Of a DNA stretch of 64,000 nt, positions 35,991 to 49,595 are shown one piece after another. The DNA comes from Vicugna vicugna (Eukaryota), in assembly GCA_013265495.1 (NCBI GenBank), contig MU058153.1:1676001-1740000 (forward strand), written 5' to 3'. The position numbers and the translations under genes were made by a program. Numbering within the stretch: the first letter of the stretch is position 1; the number at the start of each line of letters is the position of its first letter. The notes under the pieces are model-generated. The model was not told where the DNA came from and searched no databases. It was given only the letters and a program-made list of their open reading frames with translations.

Positions 35991-37669
35991 CATTGGCCTT
36001 ACAAGTGGTTTGAGCAAACCTGCATCTACCGATGAATATGTTAAAGACACCTAGTGTCAGCTTCTCGGCAGCCATCCCTGCATCTTTTGATATGAGACTA
36101 ATTCAATTATAGAGCAAAACTGAAGATAATTGATACGCAATTTAGTGCCTGGCTATTCCCTCCTGTTGGTGTTCCTTTCACAGTGCCCTCACTTCAAGCA
36201 TTCCTTATTTTCTGAGAAGTTATTTTTTCCAAGACCTCTTAAATTCCTGCTATAGGCTTGTGGGGAAAAAAAAATCATATATATATAATATATATATGTA
36301 TTTCTAGCAAACTTTTGAGCAATTAAAGACAACTCGTACAGCAAGGTGACTTGGAAGGCTGGATATAAATAACGAGATCCTGGGCTGCTGTGTTAATTGG
36401 TAGAGATGGAAAGTGGGAAAGTCAATTTCAGTCCTGTTAGATTTTGTTATGAAGAAATCTCTCTCCCCAACAGCCATCTTAATTTAATTACCACTTTATC
36501 CATTACTGGCTCAATTTGTGACAACAGCAGCTTTATGTGTCTCTGTTAATAGGAACTGAGCCGAGCTTCTACTTGAAGTGTCGGGGTCAGAGGAGCAGTG
36601 GTTGAAGTAATCCAGTGCATCACTTGAGTGGAAGAGCTTTCCAGTTAATATACTTAGGGGAAGCATGAACTGCTCCACTCCCTCCCGTCCACCCCTTTGA
36701 AACAGCGTCCTGCTGGCTCATAACTGTGTTGGGAAATACTAAAGCTCATTTAAGGAAACAGTTGTAGGGCATAAAAGGAGAAAGGAAAGGCATGGAGTTT
36801 TGAAAGATTTGGAAGATGAGACCAATGTTAAGCTCCTTGCGATTCAGGGAACATCAATTCAGTCAATAATTGGAAATAGTCATTATGGGAAGGATAATGT
36901 CTCCTCTGAAGTAAACGGAAGCCCCACAGTGCAAGCACGTGCTTATACTCTTCTTAGGTCTGGGGAAGTGGACCTCATGAGGAATATGAATGCCAAGCAC
37001 TCTTCCTCATTTTTCATTCCCTGTTATTAACACAGATTTACATGAGATTTATCTCCAGCAGGTGAGGAAGCTGAAAGCAGGTTCAACAGAGCAGATTCAG
37101 TAGGTAAAACGCCATAGAGGGCCTTATTTATTTCTTATTTCAGTCCCAACTTGTGACCCTAAAATTCCTCCACAAGATAGCTAGAAATAATGGTAATAAT
37201 TTTGTAATGCTTGGTTTTTATTAAAATTGAGGATTCTTCCATTTGTGCTTGAAATAAACTTCTTGAAATTAATTGATAATAAATCACAGAACCCTAAGAG
37301 ATTTCCATTGGCCAGCTCAGGGTAGAAGCTGGGTGAGTAGTCAGGGGATGAATGATAAACAGAGACTAAAGTTCAGGAAACAAAATCCAAAGATAGTATA
37401 TTTATGCTTGCAAAAACTTTGCCAACCACATTCTTGAAACACTTTGTTAAAGAGCGGATGACACTATAAAATAATTTTGATTAAGACAGTCAAAGGAAAC
37501 AAGTGGGAAAAATTGTGTTAAATATATATATCAAGAAGCATGGTATTGCAGTTTGTTTTATGTTAGTAAAGTGGGTGATGCCATTTTCCAAACCCACATA
37601 TAAATAACTTTGGAAATTATATGTAAAAATGATGCAGGAAAACTAGCATGACATCTGCCACACAGTAGG

Positions 37670-38020
37670 TAGTTTTATGGGTCAGAATTCTTTTGGCTGC
37701 AATTGACCAAAAGCTCAAAAAGTTGAGAAAAAACAAACAAACAAACAAGAGATGTATTGCCTCATAAAATTGAAAAGTCCATTGTTGATCAATAAGCAAT
37801 TTGGAATTAAGCACTAATCAGGATAAATGAAGTATGCTGACTGGAGGAGTAAAATCGAGTGCCCACCACCGAAGGAAGGATGTAGGGTCCAGACCGTCCG
37901 AATTACTTTGTTGAAAGCAAAAGGAGAGGTGATTTTCCAAATGAAAGTCAAGATGCTATCATCAAAGGAAAATGGGTAGTCAAGATAATGGGCAAAGAGG
38001 AATAGCTGGTGTTACCATCA
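37670..38020 (-). mobile_element. Old MLT1 LTR fragments
   Basis: 'gtcagaattcttttggctgcaattgaccaaaa...tattgcctcataaaattgaaaagtcca...gaggtgattttccaaatgaaagtcaagatgcta'. Confidence 0.5.
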
Positions 38021-39119
38021 GCAGTCAAGTGATGCTAACTGAATGGATGGCCGTGCTATGAATGGGGTAAAAAAAAAATGGTGAAAACACGTACATGAGC
38101 AGACTTAGAAGACTGAGGCAAAATGAACATTTTGCAGTGGCCTCAGAGGCATGCTGCAGTGTCCCCTTTATTCTTATCATTTGGATTCAAAGGGTTTTCT
38201 TTTTTCCATTTAGGTATGTGCAATTTTACATGAGAGACAAAGATGCATAATCATTCTGATGCTTCTTAATGCATGAAGATGTTTTGGTCCCCATGAACCA
38301 TTACTGCTTTGGATTGGGGCTATCAAAATCAAACAGTTTTTGAATCAAACTAGAGACTTTGTTTCTTTGTATGCTTTTGGTTTTATTCTCCTTCTTTTCC
38401 TATTTTTTCTCCATAAAACAAAATTTCCTAACTCTTACACTCTTTTTTTTTTTTTTTTTGGAGTAGGGCTTAGGGGAAAGGGATTAGAAAATGATCTAAC
38501 TTTTACAAAGAAAACACAACACTGATACGATGTTTTCTCTAGCACCTCGGATATGGTCCAAACCTGGGATTGTCATTCTCTACTAGAACTCGAGATGCCC
38601 AGTAGGGGCAGCCACGTGGAAGTCCAGTAACTGCTCTATTTTCAGTGTTTCCTACACAGAAAAATTATACTGATTCTTAGTGGATCTTGCTAAACTTGAT
38701 AAGATGAAACAAATGAAAATTTAAAAACTACTAAGAGGCTTGAAGAAAATAACATCCTCTTAGAAAAATGTACTCACGTAAATGAACATAGAGTCTAGAG
38801 CCTAAAAAGACTACTGTTTCAATAAGAGTTGAGATTTAAAGTCTTTTAAATAAATATGTATCTTAAATAAGGACAGCACAGGATGCCCTAGAGCAAGATG
38901 GAGGCTTTAAAAATGTGACTGTTACTTGAATTTCCTGTACCATGGAAATAGAGGTGTCCAGGAAAATACTCAAGAAACAATAGATTGAAAGTTAGGAGAT
39001 TCTTTGATGGATTGTTTTATTCATTTGCACGTTTATATACTTTTAAACCATACGTGTATGTATTTGCATGTATCTCTATCTCTGTATCTACATCTACAGC
39101 TACAGCTATCACTGTATCT

Positions 39120-39255
39120 ACACCAGTAGAATGTAAGCTCCTTGCCTGCTGGAATTTTGTCTGTCTTATTCACGTCTATAGTCTGAGCATTTGAGATAAT
39201 GGCAAGATTATGACCTACATTCCAAATAAGTATTTGAAAATGAATAAATCAATAA
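39120..39255 (+). mobile_element. L2 3' end, preceded by a 6-bp-unit simple repeat at 39069-39120
   Basis: 'tagaatgtaagctcc...ttttgtctgtcttattcac...aagtatttgaaaatgaataaat'. Confidence 0.75.
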
Positions 39256-40099
39256 AGGCTTAAGTAAAGATTTTTGAAACAGTTTGAAAACCAAGGTGGA
39301 GCATAACAAAGAATGGTTGGAAAAAGCGATTTTGCATTTTTCACTCAACCAACTCAATATGTCAGAGAAGGAGGATATGTAAGGATGGATTTAAAAGCAA
39401 AAAAGCAGAGGTTATGTGTAAACATTTAGGAGTACCCCTGAAATCTTTAATTAGATTGATAGCCTAATTTGGAGCACAAAGACATTCCAGACTCTCCTGG
39501 TGTGCTATTTTTCATATTTAAGGGGGGATGGAAGGAACTGACATGATGTTGCCTACAACAGTTTATCCTTATTATCTGCACGCTCTTTACACTTGTCCAC
39601 AAATCAGGGAGAAGTGTCGACTGTAATCAGCTAGTTTGGGACAGATAATACCTTAACTCGTAGGCTAAGATTTTTATATATTTCTATATTCTTGAAGCAA
39701 GATTCAACTTGCATACACGTATATACAAATACACATATTCATACGTACAGAGACATATTTACATGCCATACATAGGTCTTAGTCCTTCACATTGGGCTAG
39801 GAGTGAGATTTTGCAGTGTTCTGATTTCTGGGCTCTCTCCTAATAGGTAGAAGAAAGGAAGGGCTCCATTAGGAAAGCTTAAAAGAATTTTATTAAATTT
39901 TATTAAATTTTCACCAAGTCCTGTCCAGATATAAAATATCATATAAATGTATGGCAGACAGTAACAACCCCAAATATCCCATTTTTCTCATAGTTCCCAA
40001 TTCCTATGAGAGATAGACCTATCTCTCATCTTTCATTCTCTGATCTCACAACCAAGGGACTAAATGGTATGGCCATTTAGTCAGTGGCACTTCCATCAC

Positions 40100-40435
40100 T
40101 CTGAGTCTCAGAACGGCTCTGAACATTGGCAGGCTCCTCCGAGCCCTGTGTCAGACTTGGCTGGGCATTGGGCTGCCTCTCTGCCCTTGAGTAAGAATCC
40201 TGCTAATTCAGGTTAGCAAAAATCCCCAGTAATACCTGACCGCCTTCAATATCTTATCACACTGCCTTGTCTTCAGCAAGAATTCTGTTGAATCAGTCTA
40301 ATAAGAACCCCCTTACTCCTGACGTTTCTTCAGTAATTTGCAATCCACTGACTCCCACCCTGCTCCTCAGTTGTAAATTCCCACTTGTCCTTGTCGAAGT
40401 CAGAACTGAGTCTCATCTCTCTTCCCCCAAGGCAG
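40100..40435 (+). mobile_element. ERV1 LTR fragment (MER31/MER67-like)
   Basis: Internal duplication 'aagaatcctgctaa'/'aagaattctgttgaa', then 'atccactgactcccaccctgctcctcagttgtaaattcccacttgtcc'. Confidence 0.7.
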
Positions 40436-40649
40436 TGATCTGTGAACTAGGAAGCAGTTTCTCGCTAGACGTAGAATCTACTGTGTATTTCTTCTACTTT
40501 GATGATTCTTCCCACATAGATTTGACAATGTTTTTTTAAGCTAATTATAAAATATGGAGCAGAGCAAACAACCCTAATTGTTACTATCATGTCTTTCTTC
40601 ATGAGGTAAAGCAACAGATCTTTGTGCTTGTCTAGAAGACCTATAAACC

Positions 40650-42760
40650 TCCCCCCTCAGATACATTGTTTTATTTTTTTCTAAATTTAAGATCTGATAG
40701 TTGAGGTAAACCAAAAAATGAGAGTAGATTGATAACTCAAGATGAGACCATGGAGGCTGAGAAACAGTGGTTGGTTATCTACTTAATCAAAGTGATAAAA
40801 TGTTTTAAATAAACACAAAAGATTATAAAAGTTTGTTAAGAAGCTTTAGCTTTTTTATAAGTGAGAAAATATTTTCCTTTTTTTTATTTTAATTAACCAA
40901 TTGCATATAAAATCAAACCTAAGCAGAGAATATTATTCTGATAAGATATGGCATCTCTGCTATGTTGGAAGTTTACGTAGAAGTTAAAGAATAATATTTT
41001 ATTATTTATTAAGCATTCCTAAGATTTAGTTTTCAATTTGACAGAGAAAAAGCCAAATTGTAATTTTGCATTGATTGCGTATTTGACAGCAAAATTTTCA
41101 TGAGTCTTTCCCCACCATCTCCTTAAATTGTCTGGTGAATAAATCCATTGAAATTGATTTAACTTTGTCAACATTTAAACCTCTTTTTAGAGCCTTTCAA
41201 TTTCAGATATTACAAACCAAGGCAAAAAAAAAATTAACTTCCCTCATACATTCTAATACTTGCTGTACACACTAAAATTTTCTCTTTTTTTTAAAATTTT
41301 GGATCAAACTTGTACTTTAAAGAAAAATTCCTCCTTTTTTTCCCCTTGAAAAGCAAATGCCTCAATTTTACATGCACAGTGATTTTCTCAATTATTATTA
41401 ATCCCAGTATGTCTCAATAACCCACATCGGTTACTTCTTAAGCAAAATAATCATCTTCTATTAAACAGAGGAAATGAGGAGATGTTACTGAGAACTGTCC
41501 GTATATCTAAGCACAATTTTAGCAGACTATTGCAGCTTATAAATACATATAATATAGGTAGAGCTGCAAATGTCCCTTTTCTGCCTTATTAAAGTGGTGA
41601 GAATGAACAGGTTCATTAACATAACTCAAAGATATAGCACTCCATACAACATGCAAATAAGAAGGAAACTATATGAAATTACAATTATTCTGTGCAACCA
41701 GTGGTTCATTATTCAATCTCACTTGGAAATTATCTAAAAATTTAAATATTATTCAGCAACTCATTTTAGTATTAGTCAAAGGATTTTGGTTATCAAAAGA
41801 TCTAAGAAACTTTGTTCAATAAGATGTACTAAAAAACATAGTTCAACTTTTCATAAAAATCTGTCAGAAATATGATTCAACTTAATTAAAGCCACATTTA
41901 CATTTTTTATGATCTTAAACATTATATAGGTCTAATGTTAATAAACCAGTATGAAAAGTAAGAAATTTCAGATTAATTTACTTCTTTATGAGGAAAAAAA
42001 AACCCAACTTTATAAAAAATAAAACCCTTATAAATCTTATAAAATATATATTTTATAATCTTAGAAATATGCCATATTGAAACTCAAGCAACAAACTTAT
42101 TGTTATCATTTATATTTTAAATAAAAAATATTTAAGTAATATAATTTTTAAAATTCACTTTGATTATGTGATCTTGGAGTCTTTAAATGTTTCTATGATA
42201 GCAGTGTCTGCAATAAAGATTTGTCTTAGTACTTTGAAAGTATCATGGATTCATTTTATGTGAAATGTTTAAAAATATTTTAACTTTTATATGTGCGTAC
42301 ATACACTTAAAAAACAATTGGAAAATAATCTATTCAATTTAGGAAATGTTATAATCTAATTTGTACCCTCTGAAATTAGGAAAATATTTCACACACACAA
42401 TGAAACGTAAAAGCTTTCCTCAATTGCACATAGACAGATTATACCTTCAATTCTACAAACTAAACCACAGGTCAAAAGTAAACACAAGATAAAAAATCAT
42501 CTTTTCAAAGAGCTGTTTTCCTTTTCAGTGGGTATGTAATTTTAGTTGATACATACTCACAAATAAATCAACAGATTAAAAAGCAATTAAAAAAAACTAG
42601 CAAATACATAGACTGACAAACCATATATTCTTTCCTATCTCAAATAATATAGAATAGATCTCTATAATCTATTTGACTGTTAGAGATTATCAAATATTTA
42701 GACTATTAAATCAAATATTTTATTTTTATTACTACTAAAGTAGACTTACTTGTCTGTGTA
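40650..42760. mobile_element. Probable degenerate ERV1 (MER4-group-like) internal sequence
   Basis: Very AT-rich stretch next to the LTR that resembles non-autonomous ERV1 internal sequence. No coding homology seen. Confidence 0.35.
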
Positions 42761-42984
42761 CAGACTAGAAACAAGAACAAAATGATAAAAAACAGTAGAA
42801 AGTTAAAAAAAATAAAAAAGAGTCACAAACATCTTAGTTCTATTGTCATTTGGGAGTCACTTTGGGAACCAAGAAAAGCTATCCTGGGGCTTCAGCATCC
42901 TCTGGGATACACTTCTCTGCCATTGCTGCTTACTCGTAGTCATCAGGTGTGTCCGCGTGGCGTTTCAGTGGATAATCTCTAGTC

Positions 42985-43049
42985 TCCTTCCTTTCTTTCT
43001 TTTGTTATTTCTTTCTTCCTTCCTTCCTTCCTTTCTTTTTTTTTTTTTA
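42985..43049. repeat. (CTTT/CTTC)n pyrimidine tract
   Basis: Directly visible. Confidence 0.9.
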
Positions 43050-43244
43050 TCATTGACATAGCCTTTTATTTCCCTGTTCCACAGTTAACATGGGGATTTA
43101 ACATGTGACTTTTTCTTATTTTGCTGACACATTCCAAAAAAAAAAAAAGGAACATAAATAATTGTGACCTACTTCCAATTCATAAACCATTCTGAAATAG
43201 AAATAGCTAGTATCATCATTCAAGAAGGAGTCGAAGGTAATGAA

Positions 43245-43437
43245 TGAGTAGCACCTACATACCATTCACTTTATATGTGCAATGTCATTTAATCTATACA
43301 CCAGTCTAATGAGATAAGTTTCCTATTTTCTAAATGAGGACCCTGGGACCAAGGTCTCCTTAAAACAGAGGCGGCGTTTGAGTTGTGGTTTGCTTAACCA
43401 AAAAGCCAGCATATATTTTCCATTGACCATACTGCTT
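43245..43437 (-). mobile_element. MIR SINE
   Basis: 'actttatatgtgcaatgtcatttaatct...cctattttctaaatgagga...ttttccattgaccatactgct'. Confidence 0.7.
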
Positions 43438-44518
43438 ACTAATCTCACCGTGGGATGTACTGAAAACAAAAATAAAATCTTAAGATAATATAATGGAGAA
43501 TTATCCCTACTTTAGATTCCCTAAGCATCAATCTTTGATTGTCACAAAGGCTCAAGGTTACTTTTATGCACTCATTAGAGTTTCAACCTTTGTTCTAACC
43601 ATATGCCACCAGAACTATTATTTACTCAACAGTTTTCTTTATATGAATTTATTTTTAAATTTAAATTTGTTTACAAAGAAACTTTGTATCACTGTTATAA
43701 AGGTAAATCCAGCATATTTACCAGAAACAGAATGAAAAAGATAAGTAACTATTCACATATGGGAGTTCATACAGCTTCTAGGATGCCCTCAGACAGGCAC
43801 CATCAACCCTGCATCCTGGAGGGCTGGGGAGGTAGTGGTGTTGGGACAAGACTGGGAAGCCAGAAAGCTTCTTGCAGGTAGAGGCGTGGTCTTCAACAGG
43901 AGTTTCTTGAGAGTCCCATCCAGGCTTTGACGTTATCACATTGTTTATTTTTCCACCTTTGGACATCAGAGATTGAAGGCATTGGGAATGAGATTGAGTC
44001 CTTTATGTCAAATTTTAAGCATGAGAAAATTACAGGAATGAGGATCCATTTCTTACTGGAGGAGGGGCTTTGGAATTCTAAGTATAATAATCAGAAGAAA
44101 TTAGTTTCTGGTGGGTACTTATTTTTGGTTTTCCTGATTTAAAAACTTGAACTGAATGCTGATATACATAGCACCCAGTGACTGTGTAATCAAAGATTCT
44201 AAAATGAAACTTTAATTACGCTGCATCTCTAATACAAAGCTGTTCAAATGGCTGCTTCTAGCGGCTTTTGGCTCTAGAGTTAAAGTTCCATTAAAGAGTA
44301 ATCTCCATTAATTTTGGAAACTTTGGGCCAATAACTCAGATCAACAAACTTTTCCCATAGAACATTTTGAGCTGAACCAAACTAACTTTGTATTCCAAAC
44401 GTGTGATTGGACTTCCTCTGTGAAAAAGCATATGAGCTTCACATAATTCAAAATTATCTCTTATATTTTCATGAAGCTTTAAATTAGCAGTTATTTTTAG
44501 TTGTACTTCTGTTTTTAC

Positions 44519-44700
44519 CTGATAAAAAATCAAATCAGGGAACTGGGGAGCGTAATAACATCAGTTCAAGGACTTTAAAAGGTGAATTGAAAGAAAATCT
44601 ATAAGGTCCATTAAATGCAGAATCATCCATTACATCAATACTACTGGAAATCAGAATGGCAGAGTCAGGAGAATTCACACGAGGATGAACCCCGAATACC
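44519..44700 (-). other. Candidate 182-nt exon, gene unknown
   Basis: Minus strand 'ggatttccatttcag|GGT ... CAG|gtaaaa'. Unique sequence; one frame is open until near its 3' end. Confidence 0.25.
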
Positions 44701-46774
44701 CTGAAATGGAAATCCACTGGAGGGAGCAGAATCTTTAAAGTAAAATTTTCTGAAAGCTAAAATCATGACTTTCAGGCACATGGAAAAACAACTGGTGTCA
44801 CAGATTTTATTTAGCAAATTAATTGATAATGGAACCAGAAAGATGTTAAAACTTATCCACATAACACTTGAGAAACTAGGGTATTTGTAGTAAATTTTTA
44901 AAAGCAATGCTAAAATAAGATTACCTGATTACATACAAAACTGGTTAATATCTCACAGAGCAACAAAACATAAACTTGTGGTTGTTTTACTGAAAAAACA
45001 TTGGCATCTCTTCTAGATTAAAAAAAAATTAGAATTAACCTACATCTTAATCTAAGACTTCTAGTCAATTGGAAACAAGTCAAACTAAGGACATTTCCCT
45101 TGGTATTCCTCACGTGGCTTCCAGTTCATCTCACCCATCTTTTTGATCTATTTACACATTTTGGTTTCATTTTCACAATGGTATTACAAGAGAACAGTAA
45201 TTTTGATACAAATTAAAACTATCCTGCCCATTATTGTGACTCAGTCAGTCCTCACTCCTTAAGTTCAAAACAGAGGTTAGGATGATCTAAGGTGAAAAGA
45301 AAATCTCCAAATAAATATGGTAGGGGCTTCCTACCACCATGGGACTAAGTGTGGAAACTCAAAATGTGTTGATATTTGGACCTACACCAGTATGTTGTGG
45401 GTAGGACTGAAAGTAAGAGAGAAATGGCCAACCTACCTGGGAAAAAAAAAAAAAAGAACAGTGGAGGATTGGAACCAGATAGTCACTTGGCTGCAAATAC
45501 TTGATTCAGGAAGAGCATATGCCTTGAAGTGCATCGTTGATAGACTGAGTATCACTAACAGAGCTGCTTGGGAACTTGCAACAGACAATCAGAAGTGCAA
45601 ATAATGACCTTTAGGAAAAAACAGAGAAAAGAGTTCAGGTGATCAGGGGGACTGGCAGAAACTTGTTGCAATTCAAATGCCAGTGACCAGAACAACTACG
45701 GATACAGACAGAGAGCACTTGATGGATTGTTAGAACAGCAGAGAAGTAAGTACTTTGACAAAGTATCTGTCTTGTAAATTTCCAAGAGAAGACCTGAAGG
45801 AGAAGGGACTTGCATCTTGTAGTTTGCAAGTTGTAAAATTAGCACTGTGGACTCTATGACCAACTGAAAAAAAAAGCAAATTTCCATGGAAAGAACAAGT
45901 TGGCGATGACTGTGGGATATTAAGATTACAAATAATATTGTGTAAAGGGATGACATCAAAGAATTCTAAAATCTGAAATTGTTGTATGCAGAGACAGTTT
46001 ATATCATTTCTTGTCATCCAGTCAGGGTAGAATAGATATTTCCTGTGTTTGTACAATATAATTAATATACTTTTCTCTCAAGTGGAAAACCTTGATTATC
46101 TTTCTGAAGTTGTCCCCGTATACCCATCATGTGTTAATCTCATCTGATTAAAAACAATAGGAATATGGAGCTTGGTATGAGACAAATTTTTGTGAGTAGA
46201 GGAGGTTAGCAAAATAGCAGAGGTTAGATCAATTTTTGAAAAGAGAAAAAAAAATCTGAATGAAAGAAATTAGAATAAAAATAGTCTTTCTCTATGAAGT
46301 GACCTTCTCCCCCACCCGCCTCCTTAGAGCTTAACCTCTTGAATAACTACCCTTGTTCTCTAAGAAAATTATTATGTAGCACACATCTCTGAGTTTTCCC
46401 TTCCCACACTGTAATTACATTTCATTTTCTCCAGCCTTTAATTAAGTCGTATACACCTGTATGTTTTATATAATAGTGTCATGGAAAATAAAGATGTAGG
46501 ACAATAAATAAAGAGCGACTTGCCCTATAGTAACCTCTCCAATGGCATTAGTCAGAAGAATTCTGTATCCTACTGAGTAAAAGAGTGAGACCAGGAGTTC
46601 CAGAAAAGGCCCTGATCCTAGGGAACTCTTCAAGACTTTGGGAATAGTAGATAATAAGCAAAATATTCCAAGGAACATTGATAGACAACTCAAGAAGAAA
46701 CTGAAGTCTACTTCTCCTTCTGTCTATGCTAGAAGACTAATGATTGACTGAAGGAGGGTAAAGCTTATAGAAGC

Positions 46775-46892
46775 TTCCTCAGAAAGGAGGAAACTGCACA
46801 TTAGCATGGTGACCACAGTCGCATAGCTCATTGGTAGAATACCAGATAGAGCCTGAGGTCTCCCAAACCCAAGTGCAATATTCTTTCACCGG
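46775..46892 (-). mobile_element. MIR fragment
   Basis: 'gaggaaactgca...gtcgcatagct...tggtagaataccag...caagtgcaatattctttcac'. Confidence 0.55.
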
Positions 46893-46951
46893 ATCAGTTT
46901 TGCATGAAGGGAATTAATGAGACTACAGCCCCGACAGGTGCCATGTAAGTA

Positions 46952-49350
46952 GGAGCATACTTTGCCTTATTGTGCTTTGCATTACTGTGCTTTACAGATA
47001 CTGCATTTTTCACAAATTGAAGATTTGTGGCAACCCTGCATCAAGCATGACTATCAGCGTCATTTTTCTCATAACATTTGCTCATTTCATGTCCCTGTGT
47101 AACATTTTGGTGTTTCTAGCAATATTTCAAACTTTTTCATTATTATTTTATTTGTTGTGGTGAACTGTGATCACTGGTCATTGATGTTATATTGTAATTT
47201 GTTTCAGGGGCACCTCAAACTGTGCCATATAAGGTGGCAAACTTAATGGATAAATGTTGTGTGTGTTCTGACTCCTCCACTGACTGGCTGTTTCCCCATC
47301 TCTCTCTCTCTCTCTTTCCTTGGGTCTCACTATTCCCTGAGACACAACAATATTGAAATTAGGGGTCAATTAATAACCCTATGATGTCCATTAAGTGTTC
47401 AAGTGAAAGGAAGAGTCACAAGTCTCTCACTTTGAATCAAAAGCTGGGAATAATTAAACTTAGTGAGCAATAAATGCTGAAAGCTGACATAGGCCAAAAG
47501 CTAAGCCTCCTGCACCAAGCAATCAGCCAAGTTGTGAATGCAAAGGAAATTCTTGAAGGAAATTAAAAGTGCTCCTCCCATGAACACATCAGTGATAAGA
47601 AACCAAAACAGCCTTATTGCTGACATAGAGAAAGTAAAAGTGGAGAGAAGGTCAAACCAGCCACAACAGTCCCTAAAGACAAAGCCTAACCCAAGGCAAG
47701 GCCCAAACTCATTTCAACTCTGTGGAGGCTGAGAGAGGTGAGGGAACTGCAGGAGAGAAGTTTGAAACTAACGCAGGTTGGTTTATGAGTGGTAAGGAAA
47801 GAAGCCACCTCCACAACATAAAAGGGCAAGTTGAAGCTGTGAGTATTCATGTCGAACTGCAGCAAGTTATCCAGAAGATCTGGCTCAGGTAGTTAAAACA
47901 GGTGGCTATCCTAAACAATAGATTTTCAATGCAGATGGAAAAACTTTATATTGGAAGAAGATGTCACCTAGGACTTTCATAGCTAGAGAGGAGAAGTCAA
48001 TGCCTGACTTCAAATTTTCCAAAGACTAACAGGCTGGCTCTTGTTAGGGCCTCATGCTGCTGGTGACTCTAAGTTGAAACCGACGCTCATTTGCCATTCC
48101 AAAACTCCTAGGGCCCTCATGAGTGATGCTAATCTATTGTGTCTGTGCTCTATCAGTGGAAAAACAAAATCCGGACGGCAGTACATCTGTTTGCAGCATC
48201 ATTAACTGAATATTTTAAGCTCACTGTTGAGACCTACTGCTCAGAAAAAAAAAAAAAAAGATCCCTTTCAAAGTATGACTGCTCGTTGCCTTTGTTCCTG
48301 ATCAGTCAAGAGCTCTGATGGAGATGTGCAGTGAGACTGATGTTGTTTTCATGCCTGCTACCACAACGTCCATTTTGCAGCCCGTGGATCAAGGAGTAAG
48401 TCTGACTTTCCAGTCTCATTATTTAAGAAATACATTTTATAAGTCTGTAGTCCTAGATGGTGATTCTTCTGATGGAGCTCAGCAAAGTAAATTGAAACCA
48501 TATGGAAAAGAGGCACCATTCTAAATGCCATTAAGGACATTCATGATTCATGGGAAGAGGTTAAAATATCAACATTAACAGGAGTTTGGAAGAAGGTGAT
48601 TCAAATTTTCATGGATGACTTCGAGGGGTTCAAGACTTCACTGGAGGAAGTCACTGCAGATGTGGTGGAAAGAATTAGAATTAGAGGTGGAGCCTGAAGA
48701 TGTGGCTGAATTGCTGCAATCTCATGATAGAACTTGAACGGATGAGGAGTTCCTTCTTATGAATAAGCAAAGAAAGTGTTTTCTTGAGATGGAGTCTACT
48801 CCTGCTATGAAGAGTGTTCAAATGACCAGAAAGGATTTAGAATATGACATACACTTATTTGATAGAGCAGCAGCGTGTTTTGAGAGGATTGACTCCAATT
48901 CTGAAAGAAATTCTACTGTGGGTAAATGCTATCAAACAGCATGGATGCTGTAGAGAAATCTTTTATGAAAGGAGTCCATCAATCGATGTGGCAAACTTCA
49001 CTGTTGTCCTATTTTAAGGAATTGCCACGGCCACCCCAGCCTTCAGTAACTACCACCCAGATCAGTCAACAGCCATCAACACTGAGGCAGGAACCTCCAT
49101 CAGCAAAAAGCTTATGACTCGCTGAAGGCTCAGATGATGTTTCGCATTTTTGGCAATAAAGTATTTTTTAAATGAAGGTATGTACACTTTTTAGGCATAA
49201 TGCTATTGCTCATTCAGGAGACTGTAATGTACTGTAAACAAACTTTTTATGCACTGAAAGCCAAAAAATTCATGTGATTTACTTTATTACAGTATTTACT
49301 TCATGGATGTGACCTGGAACTGAACTCACAGTATCTCCCAGGTGTGCCTA
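46952..49350 (+). mobile_element. Tigger1 (TcMar-Tigger/pogo) DNA transposon, essentially full length, transposase disrupted
   Basis: TA-flanked degenerate TIRs (ta|ggagcatac... / ...aggtgtgccta|ta), ~2.4 kb. ORF pieces KFLKEIKSA..NSLIADIEKV (N-terminal DNA-binding region) and VVFMPATTTSILQPVDQGV (DDE region). Confidence 0.95.
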
Positions 49351-49404
49351 TAGTAGAGAAGATGCATTTTCTTCCATAAAGGAGGACAAAAGAAGCCACT
49401 TGAA

Positions 49405-49595
49405 CCTGGGCTCAAGATTCTATGTGACCCAGAAAAGTTGGGGAAAATTTAGGCAATACACTTCACTATTTTGAATCTCACTCATCTATGAAGTGGTCAT
49501 GTGAATACCTTCTAGGAGTGTGGCTGTGAGGTAAAATAATGATCTGCCAATTGAAAGCTTAAATAAAATAAATGTTCTATAAATCTAAAGTATAG
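49405..49595 (+). mobile_element. MIR fragment
   Basis: 'ttaggcaatacacttcac...ctcatctatgaagtgg...gctgtgaggtaaaataat'. Confidence 0.55.

Noticed and set aside
36743..37030. ~95-codon stop-free frame with protein-like composition
   Set aside because: No ATG near the start, no convincing flanking splice sites and no recognised homology.
45615..45750. Exon candidate ending GAA|gtaagt
   Set aside because: Poor acceptor context and no supporting frame or homology.
47538..49117. Possible TIGD-type domesticated gene
   Set aside because: Transposase is split over several frames with stops and is still inside TIR-bounded Tigger1.
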